DNA of 64,000 bases from Paecilomyces variotii (lineage: Eukaryota), in the NCBI GenBank assembly GCA_004022145.1, contig RCNU01000008.1; one strand, 5' to 3'. Of this stretch, positions 1-11,690 are shown one piece after another (position 1 is the first letter of the stretch; every line of letters begins with the position of its first letter). The notes under the pieces are model-generated. The model worked only from the letters and a program-made list of their open reading frames with translations, did no database searches and was not told the origin of the DNA. Made by a program: the position numbers and the translations under genes.

Positions 1-635
1 ACACAACCAAGACGGAGAATCCTGCCTTGAGTCCAAAGTTGTAGAACTTGGGTGAGGCGGCTTGGATGATTTGAGTGGCGTCCGCACTTCCATAACCGAA
101 GGAGACATTGCTCATGATCGTTATAACAGCATGTTCCTTGATGTTGAAATGGCTATCTGGGTTTATGCACCATCGTCCCAAGGGACCAAGGTTGACAGTC
201 CATTGTGGAAGAGTCTTTGCCAGAAATACACCGCAAGGGTACGCCAGAAGTTCTGCGACTAGGGCCACGATGTGTACGGATGGATAGCGCAAAGCGAAGA
301 ATTGATTAACTCCAGAACCGAGGATCGTGAATATTATTCCTAGCACCCACATGCGCAGAGTATTCACTGGCATGCCGGGGTCATCAACCTCCGGGACGAC
401 CGCCCGAACTAGAATTGTAGTTAGCGGGCATGCATATAGAGCAGATTACTAGAGCTTATACAGTACCTTCGGGATAGGGCGATCGATCAGATTCAATGTC
501 GATCTTCGCATTCTCTTTCAACACCGTATTCAAATCAACGTCCAATTCCTCCAGTGCACCTTGTTCAACTTCCGTCTCCCCGCGAGTTGTCGCGGGCTTC
601 ACGACGGAGTCCATCTCTTTCTCTTTGGAAGCCAT
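1..635 (-). CDS. OPT-family oligopeptide transporter, 5' part (continues off the left edge); intron ~409-466
   Basis: Manual minus-strand translation: MASKEKEMDS...DRSPYPE|VRAVVPEVDDPGMPVNTLRMWVLGIIF...NQFFALRYPS...FNIKEHAVITIMSNVS. SPYxEVRxxV and FNxKEH are hallmark OPT motifs. Missed by the ORF track. Confidence 0.92.
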
Positions 636-793
636 GATTGGCGATTCTGAACCTCAGATCCTTCTGTAGAGGATTGAGGTTTCTTCTATCGCTGATCAAG
701 ACCGCAAGAAGGTATGGACGAAGGAGCGGGGGATCGGCATGTTTTCCATTGTATACCAGCGTAGTATCTGGACATTGCATCGTTGATAGTATC

Positions 794-1555
794 CTTATCA
801 TTTATGCAGGTTAGTCTCTTTAGACTACCACATGGTAGTACTGTACCTACTTAGCACCGGGGACAATGCGCGACGAGAGAACGATAAGGACATGTTAGCT
901 CGCCACTCAGGCAGATTTCTCTAGTGTTCCTCGCACAGGATTGCTAAAAGCGTCTTGCGCTAACTAGGTAGGTACTACCTATGGAATCAATGTGCTTTGA
1001 CATGTTGTTTTCCAGGATGAAGCTACGAAGGGCCCGCCACACCCTTACTTTTATTGTACGGGCCGTCGGAGATGTGATCAAGGACAGTGTTTCTTATCTT
1101 CTCCACTTTCTGAGACATCAATACTCGGGGTATAGAGTATGATGATACTAAGAATAAGAACAAGAGACTATATGCCTTCTTTAACTGTCAATCTAAAAAA
1201 CAATAATTGAAAGAACTCCAACGTGTGATCTTTCTAACCCCGGATTACACTGTTTCAAGCACACGTACTATCTCAAGCGTGGGTGTTAGACAAGATGCTG
1301 TCGGTTTCTCCGATGAATTTGGAAACTCGACGGGCGGGTCGACCCCGCAAAATCGCGATAAGAGGCAATATAGATGAAAACATCATTATGTTCGGAATCT
1401 GAATATAGAAAGAGAAATCTGTATCACCTTAGAAGCATTCGTTCCAGATAAGGGTTTCTGGAATACCCATGTGAGATCAAGGAACGATATCATTTCGCTT
1501 TGAGCCGCTTTAGACAAAAGAAGAAGGTCTAAGCTATTAGGCCGAACTGCTTATC
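794..1555. promoter_or_regulatory. Cluster of six GATAAG/CTTATC GATA-factor (AreA-type) sites upstream of the OPT gene
   Basis: Sites at 794, 883, 1093, 1357, 1447 and 1550. Confidence 0.55.
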
Positions 1556-1611
1556 TTTTCCTCCTGTGCTATCTTTCTAACAGGGCATCATCCGTGATCG
1601 AGGGCGACTCC

Positions 1612-2943
1612 TCAGTACATACCTACGGGGACTCCATTTTCCTTCCACACCCTAGCATCCTTCATCACAAATTGCACCCTCCGTAGAGCCCCAATATCAG
1701 TTCTAAGATCCCCGTCCAAAGCAATAATATCCGCGGCAACCCCTTTCTCGAACCAACCGAACCTTCTTCCACACATATCCCCTCCGCAAGCTTCCCAACC
1801 GTGCAATGTGCTAGCAGTTAAGACTTCTTCAATTGGGATCCCTGCCTCCGTCATAAGCTCCATCTCTCTGGCATTGTCGCCATGGGAGAATGCCCCAGTA
1901 TCACCTCCGCAGGCTAGTTTAACCCCAGCCTCCCATGCCTCTTTCGTGTGTGCGAGAATTTCTTCTATGCGCTCAGGAAGTTGCTGCTCGAAAACAGCTA
2001 ACGTAGGAACGAAAATTGTCCCTGCTTCTTTCATTGCCTGCAGCGCTTCACGGGACGGCTCATATCCATGTTCAATGGTAGTGACACCAGCCTTGGCAGC
2101 CATAATCACAGCCTTCGCTGAAGATGCATGAGCGGCAACTGGACAGTTTGAATTTCGTGCTTCCGCAACAATTGTGTCCATTTCTTCCTGTGTGAAGAGA
2201 ACAATGTCCGGGTTCCGATCAGTAGGCGGAAATTGGATTGGACAAGCACCTGGCCAGTTCGCAGGTGGGAATCGTAGTTGTCTCTTTCGGTAGTCTGCGT
2301 AAAACTTCACGATATCTGCACCTGCTCCAATGCGCCGTCGAACAGCTGCCCTGACTCCGTCTATGCCATCTGCAACGTCAGAGATAGACGGAACAACCGT
2401 CCCGCCAAGGCGATTCTCCTGTCTAATAGCATAACCACCCGATGAGGCGATCGTTTCTGTAGCGACAATGAGCCTCGGGCCAGGAGTCAGTGCACGGTTG
2501 ATCGCGTCGCGGACATTAACATCTGCATCCTGCAAGCCCTCAGTGCCCAGGTCTCTATAAGTCGTGTAGCCAGCTAAAAGAGCTGTCCGGCAATGGTTCA
2601 CGGCTCTGATGGTCCGTTCTATCAAACTCTCATCGCGCATCTGGTTCAGAGCTGGTGTTTCCTTGTAGGAATGGAGGAATATGTGGGTGTGGGCATCTAC
2701 CAAACCGGGCAGGACCAGAAGACCGCGCAAGTCGATATCTTCCGCAGGTAAAATTTGCCCGTCAGTAGCGGAACGCTTGTATACGTCGACAATGAGTCCA
2801 GTGCTTCGGTCTGCGACTATTGTCAAGTCTTTGATGAACTCTTTCTTTTTAGGGTCGAAGAGAATAGAGGTATGGATCTTGACTCTCCGTGGGGAGTGTT
2901 GCGGGTGCCGTATATTCATCTTAGCGGGGATATTAGTAGTCAT
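1612..2943 (-). CDS. Metal-dependent amidohydrolase (Amidohydro_1, Xaa-Pro dipeptidase/prolidase-like subgroup), intronless, 443 aa
   Basis: PGLVDAHTH (HxH), GYTTYRDLG, GADIVKFY (candidate carbamylated Lys), VAAHA, TIEHG, GGDTG, ADIIALDGD. Confidence 0.9.
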   Translation of the reverse strand: MTTNIPAKMNIRHPQHSPRRVKIHTSILFDPKKKEFIKDLTIVADRSTGLIVDVYKRSATDGQILPAEDIDLRGLLVLPGLVDAHTHIFLHSYKETPALNQMRDESLIERTIRAVNHCRTALLAGYTTYRDLGTEGLQDADVNVRDAINRALTPGPRLIVATETIASSGGYAIRQENRLGGTVVPSISDVADGIDGVRAAVRRRIGAGADIVKFYADYRKRQLRFPPANWPGACPIQFPPTDRNPDIVLFTQEEMDTIVAEARNSNCPVAAHASSAKAVIMAAKAGVTTIEHGYEPSREALQAMKEAGTIFVPTLAVFEQQLPERIEEILAHTKEAWEAGVKLACGGDTGAFSHGDNAREMELMTEAGIPIEEVLTASTLHGWEACGGDMCGRRFGWFEKGVAADIIALDGDLRTDIGALRRVQFVMKDARVWKENGVPVGMY

Positions 2944-3224
2944 TCTCTGTTCTGCTCAGTGATATTTGTGTCCAATTTCAGGTTGGTTTGTCAAATGTGA
3001 TCGTAGATCAATCGTTGTAAGCACCCCTCCACTTCGTGGTCTAACAGTAGATCTACGAGTACAGTAAGCTCTGAACTTAAAGTAACCAACCGACTCGCTT
3101 AACACGTCCAAATTAGTGTCAAGTCTGCTCTAAGTATTTGGAACCAATCAATATGCCTAAATGCATTCCAAGTCTATCCAATAGACGCAATTAACGTGCC
3201 AGACGTTTATACGTAGAAGGTTTA

Positions 3225-6200
3225 TTAATCGACAATACCCTCATCACCAGACTCGTCATCGCTCATTCCAACACCAGGGTCCATGTCTTCGCCATCATAA
3301 TAATGCTCACCAGCGCTCTCTGCATGGTTCAGGGTGGAAGGAAATGGATCACACTGAATATCTTCTGCCTGCTCCTGTGTCTTTCTCGTTGAAAAGAATG
3401 GATGGCCCTCGTCAAGTGGAAGGCCCTGGCACAGGAATCCCATCGGGGTATGGGAGATGTTTTGGCCAGAACGACGAAGAACAGACCATTCCTGGATAAA
3501 TTCGAGTAACGTTCCAATTTTAGTCCGTTGAGACTGAAAGCGATCCAGTAGACTTGTGTACTCTGAAAAGTCGAAGTATAACCTTCCTGCCAATATACCA
3601 ATCTCGACAGGAAGCCATGGTGGTGGGGTCCATTCGACAGGGAGACTCGGGATAGAGTAGTAGGCGAGACGGTTAAAGTGCTGCATTCTCTTGGTAACAG
3701 GCGCCGCATAGAGGATAAGATGCACAGGCAGGTCTGGGTCTCTCCAGAAAATTTGAATCAGCTGTTCAACCTCTTCGGGAATTATCACAATGGCGTCCTC
3801 CGTGCGCCTACTATACAATATCCAGTTGACAGGACGCTAAGCAGGTAGGCGGGAAACCGTTAGCCGAGTAAGCAGAAACTAGTATGAAACAGAAACTTAC
3901 AATGTAATTATCATGCGTCTCCCCTGCCCCTGAGTCGAGTTTCACTGTCCTCGTGAATTCCAGCGAAACATGGAGGTGAGGCATGAAGCTGAAAACGTCT
4001 ATTCCATGCTTCAGGGCCAGCTGCGTTGATGAAAGTATCCTCGAGGCTTTCATATAATGACCACCTGTTTTCAATTGGCCAGTTTTCACAAAGTCAAGGA
4101 TCGATTTGTGTAGACCGGGCCATTCGAGAGGGGTCATGGGACGTGGCCGTTGCACTTCTCTTTCTTCAACTTCGTTGGCCACCTCGCGCTCCTGTTCCAC
4201 CTCCTCCAATGCCGATGTTGCGAAGCTAGAATCAGCATATGACTTTCCATAAGTCTTATTGAGCTCTTGCATGCATTCAACTAGCTTTCTTTCAGTAATC
4301 AGGAAAGCATCAGCTCTTAAAGATGCTGATGGGCTCCGGGGAGCATACATCTTCTCCAAAGCCTGTTGTTCTGATTGGCGCAAGTTCTCTATATATGCAT
4401 TTCGGTGAGCTGTATTTTCCAGAAAGTTCTCATAGCGTCTCGCAGCTTGCATTCGGCGACAGAAATCAGAACCTTGCGCATAATATAGAGGCTGCAAGTC
4501 CCTAATATTGTCACATGTTTGAGTCAGAAGCCAGACTATCACGTCATATGAATCAATATAGCCTGTTCTGCCTTTTTGACGCATATCAAGAATACTTTGA
4601 TGTACTTCAGGTGGAGCGATGAAGGTTATTGATTGTGTTGTTCCTAACTGCCGTAATCTCATTGCAGCTGCAGAAGAAGTATTAGAACTGGGGAACAACT
4701 GAATATAGAATTAGAGCAAAATAAATGCGTACCTTGCACTGTGTGATCCTTGGTCTGGTTCAGTCCCAGAGTCAATGCACCTCTAGCTGCAGGCGGTAAC
4801 TTGAGATCAGTGCCTTGAGTATGTGCCTCATCAAGATAGACCAAACAATTCTCTAGGTTATCCGCAAGCGGACTTGAAACGAGGGGTACAGTCTTTCCAA
4901 TTCTGTACTGCACCCAAGCTTTATTGTCTAAGCCAAAATATACTGCGGCCTGCGCAGTTTCATCTTCCTGGAGCCATTTTTGGGCAAGTGTCCGATTGTC
5001 CATCTCCAATATGAATGCCCCACTATCAATAAGAATACGGATGTTTCTTTCTTTGAGACGGTGGAGTAGATCTAGTTCAGTGATACGTCTGTTGTTTGAG
5101 TCCGCTGCCAATATACACTGCCGGTTCCTCTTCTGTAAAAGATAGGTGAGAACTTCAGCATTTGTGTGCAATAGACTCGGGAGATCTCGCTGCTGGATGG
5201 TAAGAGGAAGCAGCCTTCGATTGTCATTTGTGCCGCTAAACCCAGCTGTGACTCCAGGGATATCCCCAGTATCATCACTAGACGGTGAGGTCTGACTGTC
5301 ATTGTACAAAGGAATATCCCAACCCGACATCTGTAATTTAGTTCTGAACTGCTTTGCGTGTAGGGGGAAGACGACATTTCCCAGGAAATGGTTGATAACG
5401 ATGACTGAGAATCGCAGGTGCCGCCACATGTCTTGAATCTGCCATCTGTCGTCAATATTGATCATGTTCCAATGACGAAGCGCCTCGGGAAGAGAAGTTG
5501 ACGCCTGAATCCAGCTATCATATTCGCTAGCAGGGTCGTCGGACTCTAGGATAATCTCCAGGCTCTGTCGAAGCTGATCCTGGCTGAGACCTTGATAGTA
5601 AAATGAGAGACAAGTCAGCAGAATGGCTACGTCTGGGTGGCCCCACTCTGCTCGATCTGACGGAACTCCTTTGGCATGGAATGGGACTGCTATGGGATCT
5701 CGCCGTGGATGGAGGCCATACTGTACGTTCCATCTTCTTTTTAGGCACAAAATGAGAATGCCACGCGCAAGTAATCCCCGTAACAGATAGATCTTCTTAC
5801 GCACTGGTGGCTTGTCTGGAAGGATATGAGAAATGCATTCCTCAATAGGCGAATCGACGTCTTCGCAGGATATGAAAGCTTTTATGGCGTCGCTCTCTTC
5901 ACTTGAGAAGTGGTGCATTGGCAGTATCTGACCAGAGCAGATATCATCCACTATCTTCCGTACTAGAAGCACTTCTGCGTCCTTCCTCAGAAAGTAGGCC
6001 AGTGGGAAGCCTGTCAGCGAACGCTCCACGATATCAATACTCTGTGGAAAGTCTCGAGCAAGAAGCCGGGCATGGTGTGCGACAAGATTCAAGACGACCA
6101 TCGCTACTTCCCACCGGTCAGGATGCCCATCAACCATCAGCTGCGTGCCACTGGGGTAGATGAGCTGCGTCCTAACAGCCAACGTGAAATCGCACTCGTC

Positions 6201-8487
6201 TAGAACGTCACGACAAACGTTGTTCATCCAGTTCTGAGTTTTCACCATTTGAAAAGCTTCATTGATTCTGGAATCCGATATTTTCTGGATGCCGCTGAGC
6301 TTGAAAGACAGAACATGTTCTGGAATGCCCAATATTATCCCAGAGCTTTTGATCGTTTCATCATGTAGCTTTCGGTATATATCAATGACACTATCGGTTG
6401 TTTCAGTCTTCCTCGAAAATGGAATATGAGTTATTTGTCTCCCAATGAGGCCTCCAAGCCGGGTCTGAAGGATTTCTGCGGTCTGAGATAGCAGAGCCTT
6501 GGGAACTAGAAGCCTTGCGAGCCTTTCCCCATCTGCAAGCACGGATGCGACCATCGGCATTATAACGGAGGTTTTCCCTTGCCCCATATTCATTTGCAAG
6601 ACAGAATTGGACCCTGACGTGGGAGATATGATTTCCAGGGCGACAGTAGCTTGCTCCTCGCGAATTTGAAAGTTGGAATCGATCTCCAATAGTAGCCAGT
6701 CGGGGTAAGTCGATGGGTGCCAGTTGATATGGCCGCGGTTCTTGTACTCCTGGTGCAACGTTCGATCATTCTTCCTGAGAGCTCCTTTCATGCGAATCAG
6801 CTGCTGGAGCTTTACAATCTCTAACCCATATGAGATCAAAGACTCCCTCATGTTTAGCCCAAATTGCAGTTGGGGAGTCGATCGGAGCTGTTCTAGGATA
6901 GGAACAGGTGTCACGCATAGCCACAGATTGGATTGTGACGACCAATGGAACCTCGAATCATTCCTTGACAATGCCTCCGTGATGGCGTGGTAATGATTAT
7001 TGACAACGGAGCGGGCTTTCTCGATTTCGTTGTTGAGGTAGACTGTCCCCTTAAGAAAGGCGATCTGGAAACTAGGTTCGTCTTCTGGCACAGCCTCTAT
7101 TGCCTTCAATGCATTGATGCTCTCCTTCAGATCCTGTCCGTATCTTGACTTCACTGGACAACCTGAGGAGGTCATGCTGTCTATGATTTCTTCGAGCTCC
7201 CGTACTTCTTCCGCCGTCTCCGCCTTTGGTCTCAGAGTAACCGAACACGTAGATCTAACTGCATTCTCTTTAATCCATTTCCTAACGTTTTCCATGTCGT
7301 ATGGTTCGCATATTCTGGGGCCATTCTTTTGCACAAGGCTCTCTGCCAGTTGAGTTGCATAGTATTTGTGCCTTGAGGCTGTTCCAAACAATTCAGGATC
7401 ACCCAAAGTCGGGGGCGAATCAGCAGCAGGCCTGGGATTCCAATGTTTGCTGAGGACCACCTGGATCTCATTGATATGTTTGGATAGTTGCAGGCTCCTA
7501 TACAATCGCGACCATTCAGGGACAATGGCATGTAGAGCCTGATGAACATCGAGATACCTCGACTCAAACCCGTCGACAGACAGCTCCTCGCGTGGCCATT
7601 GGTTGAGCAGAAACGTAGAAAACCTCTTACACTCTAACATGCACTTTTCGTCGTGTTGCTTCTTCTTGAAGTCAATTTGGCGAATCTCTTCCAGCGTTCT
7701 CGGTTCCCCTTCCTCGCGCTCGGACGCATGTAGTTCGCTATATTCAACATACATCATCTTTGACACGCTTTCGCAGTACCGGTGTATTGATCCGACTGCC
7801 ATTTGTCTCAAGTAGCGTCATCAAAAACTTTGTTATTATTGCAGGGTCAGTCGTATCTCGAGTTTCGGTGAATTCTGCCCCAGCCTTCATCGTTTTGGCG
7901 GCGAACTCGTCTATAGGCTCGACGCTCGCCTGCTCGATAAACCTAACTAGGTTGTGTTGAAAGGTGGTATTGGCAAATTCGCTTCTGTCAAGGCTCACTG
8001 CCATTCCTGGGAAGTCCCATTGCAGAGCGCCCTTGGCTGCGAGTGCTTCTCTGGCCGTGGCTGAGGTTTCGAATGCTTCGAATATGATGGTGTCGTCATT
8101 GTCACTGCGTTTGATATGTCAGGAGACTCCTGGAGTGAAAAGGTTTAGAAAAATGAGGGATAAATGACAACTTACCAAGGCATCCGTATGAGAATACAGG
8201 CATTCTGCTGCTCCACGTAAACGATGATAGCGTTGCCAGATCGCAGCTTTTTAAACTCTTCTACCAGGGCCTCTTTATCGAGATATCCGGCGACGTTCAC
8301 AGAGCGGCATGTATTCAGCCCCAGAAGCCCCCTTGAGCACTTTTATTACGTGCAGTACCCGGTCTAACAGACCTGATTGCACATCTTCGGTTGCACCTTC
8401 AGGGTCTGCTCTACCCGGAAGCTTTGGTGGAAACACGACGTGATTGAATATCAAAGATAAGATATGAGGAACCTCTGGTGTTTCCAT
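3225..8487 (-). pseudogene. DUF6606-DUF3638-DUF3645 family gene (P-loop-containing, normally very large) with a frameshift near 8300 and a large internal deletion near 7745
   Basis: N-terminal FNHVVFPPKLPG and IIFEAFETS...ALQWDFPG (DUF6606); LLLEIDSNFQIREEQ and QMNMGQGKTSVIMPM (DUF3638, Walker A-like); WNVQYGLHP..PIAVPFHAKGVPS..EWGHPD (DUF3645); DEAHTQGTDLKLP. Introns near 8105-8175, 4669-4732 and 3838-3900. The frame breaks at two places that lack splice signals. Confidence 0.75.
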
Positions 8488-9920
8488 GGCTTGAAATCTT
8501 TCCCCTTGATGGATAAGTGAATGGGATCGAGTCAGTAGAGCTAGAAGAGCCGTGAAAACTTCGTAGAAATGAACGTAAACTCAGCAGGTGAAGATTAATG
8601 TCAAGTCAAATAGAGCAGAGTCACCGTTCCCTCTCTAACGCCCTGTGTCTGAGACACCAGTTTCCGCAGATATTCTTTGTCTCTAGCAGGTGACGATGGC
8701 ATGCGTACTGTCCTTTGTTGGATGCACTGAGATAGAACTGGGATCGAGAGCTGGCTCGACAAAGCACACGCTCCAAAGCTTGACTGCAAGCGTAAGATCC
8801 TTACATCAATCCATATGTTTGGGAATCATTGCATTCATAGTGAAGTCAAAACCAATCCTCTCAGTTCTGTAGATGTAGTGATTGAATGAGCCCTGAGTGA
8901 GGAATGATGTGTAGATACCATTGCATCTTCCCGCGATGCTTTCTTTTCCCCTTGAACAAATAGTAAAGGCAAAATAATCGATGGAGCCTCTATCCCTTGT
9001 ATTCGCTATTCGCAGTGAGAATCCGCAGTGTTCATCCCTGTTTTCGGCGTGATGCAGCGTATAAAGAAACCAATATGTAAAGACATCGGGTTCCTGCATC
9101 TGCTTTCATACACGCGAAGTTCAGTGACTTGCACTCGATTTGAGGACTAGTTTCTTTGCGATACTTGGAACAGTTCAGCTCTTGATCTCAAATGGGTCAA
9201 TTTGTCTCCGATAGCTAACGGTCTTATCCCTGTTCTGTTTATTTCTCTTGCATATTCTTGTACCTTTCTGAAGTTGACGCTTATCTGCGGCCTTTTCTTT
9301 TCTCCTTCTCTTTATCACGCTTTGTGGCTAAAGTATGAGCCCGTTTCTCCACTCTGTCCTAAACTTTAAGCGATCTATCACAGGAAACAGTTAGAGATAT
9401 CGAAGTCTTAGTGTTATGCTGACGGAGGCATCACAGTAGAAAGCCACAAACCATTGAAGCTCCTGTACTATCACAATATACTTCTGTAATATTTAGTGTA
9501 CTACAATACCTACGTAATTATACCCGATCCTATGTTGGCAGTCCTCTCAGAATAGTAAAACTTGAATGTAGGCAAGCACTAAATTGAATGAGAGAATAGC
9601 CATGCAATAATAATGCCGCACCATGACCTCAGAAAAGAGTAGTATTGAAAAACTCACGTAATCCTTATGACTACTCATTCCTGTTCGCGTGGGAACTTTA
9701 GTGCTAGGCAGCGGTCGCAACAATCACTACTGCCCTCACTTCAGCAAGCGTCAAGTTCATCGACCTGAGGCAGATCGTGCTACAACGAGTATTAATCATG
9801 TCCCTAATCCGACTGAAATCAAGATTTTCATCCGCCTTGAAATTGCAATGTTTGAAAAGGATCAGCAGCGGCTCTCTGACTTTCATACGTGCAAACACGT
9901 CTAGAGCTCAGCGTCGAACA

Positions 9921-11690
9921 ATGTCAGAAACAGCCACTCTCAGAAATACTGGTTCGTGGCTTAACTTCTGTGTCCTGGTCTGATTTAATTAACGATATTA
10001 TAGATTTGAGAGCAATAACTCTTGACGAGCTCTTCAAGCATACGTCTGGTCGATGGCTGGTCAACGAAGAGTGTCAAATCGCACAGCATTATGTTCAATT
10101 TGATATCGAAAAGCTCTGTCGTCTGGCTGCATCTCTCTTCAGTAACCAGACCAAGTGTGCGCGTGTAACCAAAATAGAAGGGAACTATAATATAGCTCTG
10201 CTCATCACGATGGACGATGGAAATGAGGTTATAGCCAAAATACCGTGCCCCAATGCCGGGCTTCCTTTTTATAGGACAGCTTCTGAGGTTGCGACTTTGG
10301 AATTTTGTATGTGCAACCTATCATTCTCCTACGTTCATGTTCATAGTGCTTACTCTCCAGTGCAATCGCTTACAACCATTCGTGTCCCGAAGGTCCTTGC
10401 TTGGAGCTCAAGGTCGGATAATCCTATAGGCGTGGAGTACATCATTATGGAAAAGATCCCCGGAATTCCTTTGACTGAAAGGTGGGAGACAATGAATCTC
10501 TTAGAGTGTTACAAAATAATCGATCAGATTGTCGATATGGAAAAAGAGCTTAAAAGCTTGAAATATCCAGCATACGGGAGCATCTATTTGCGAGATGACG
10601 TGTCCAATGAATTTCAAGGCTGCCCTTTCCCTTCCGTTCAGGACCCTGCTCAATTATTTTGCGTGGGTCCATATTGTAATGGAATCTCGTTGCTTGAGAA
10701 CGTTGACAAGTCTGCCACAGATGCAGGGCCTTGTAAGTTTTTGTACACCTAATAGAGCCTATATCTTGCTCTCTGACATTGACAGCAGGGTTGTCTTTTG
10801 ATGACTATACATGTTCAATACCTCAATGCGAATTGGATTTCATTGCAAAATTCCCCTCTAAAGTGCAACGTCATCTTCATACCTTCGATGAGTCTCAGTC
10901 AGTTGACGAATACGGCACTCTCTTAGCAAAGGCATCGAGCATATTTCCTGCATTGTCGCGCGATCCGCGCGTGACCAAGCTGTCAAGCCCTTTTTTGAGG
11001 CACCCTTACCTTGATCTTAGCAATATTTTGATATCTCCAGACGATGCTACTGCTATTCAAGGAATTGTTGATTGGCAATCATCCAAAATTACCCCTCTAT
11101 TTGTCCAAGCTCATTTCCCCGATTTTGTTATACCACCTAAAGATTATATTCTGGGCCCGGGCATCCCAACTCTGCCAGAAGATTTCGATAAACTGAGCTC
11201 TGAACAACAGGAACAAGCTGTACGAAACAACAGGTTGGCAACACTCTCCAAGTACTACGAGATGGTTACCCTTATACGCAATGAAAGCGTCCACGATGCC
11301 TTGGTACTTGATCGGAGGCTGTCAGAGCTATTTACATGCTACGAGTTGTTCCCTGACGGCACTCTCGTTCCTCTGCGTAACTGTCTAATACGTGTTTTCC
11401 AAGACTGGGCTCATCTAGGGCTACCTGGGCAATGCCCCTTTGGGTTTACAAAAGAGGAACTGGAGAGGCACGGCGAGCATGTGAGACAATACGAAGACAA
11501 GAGCTATTTATGGAAGCTTGTAACAGAACAGCTCCGTACAGACAACACAGGCTGGGTTCCAATGGAGCGATAGGAAGCGACTCAACAAGTCAATAAGTAT
11601 CTATATGATATGTTTATTGATACAATGAGTGAAGAAATGTCGCCAGAGGCGGCTGCAAAGAAATGGCCTTTTCCACCTGAAGATGTATGA
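9921..11690 (+). pseudogene. APH/phosphotransferase (kinase-like, AIM9-related) gene with an in-frame TAG at 11571-11573
   Basis: Spliced model MSETATLRNT|DLRAITLDELFKHTSGRWL...IAKIPCPNAG..TASEVATLEF|..VPKVLAWS..NPIGVEYIIMEK..GP|W..IVDWQ..GWVPMER*EATQQVNK...KKWPFPPEDV*. Introns at 9952-10003, ~10308-10360 and ~10733-10788. Confidence 0.75.

Noticed and set aside
62-801. ORF-track ORFs 62..262 (+) and 565..801 (-)
   Set aside because: They are shadow or out-of-frame readings of the spliced OPT gene.
8601-9904. Short ORFs between the DUF3638 and APH genes
   Set aside because: No recognisable motifs or coherent splice structure.
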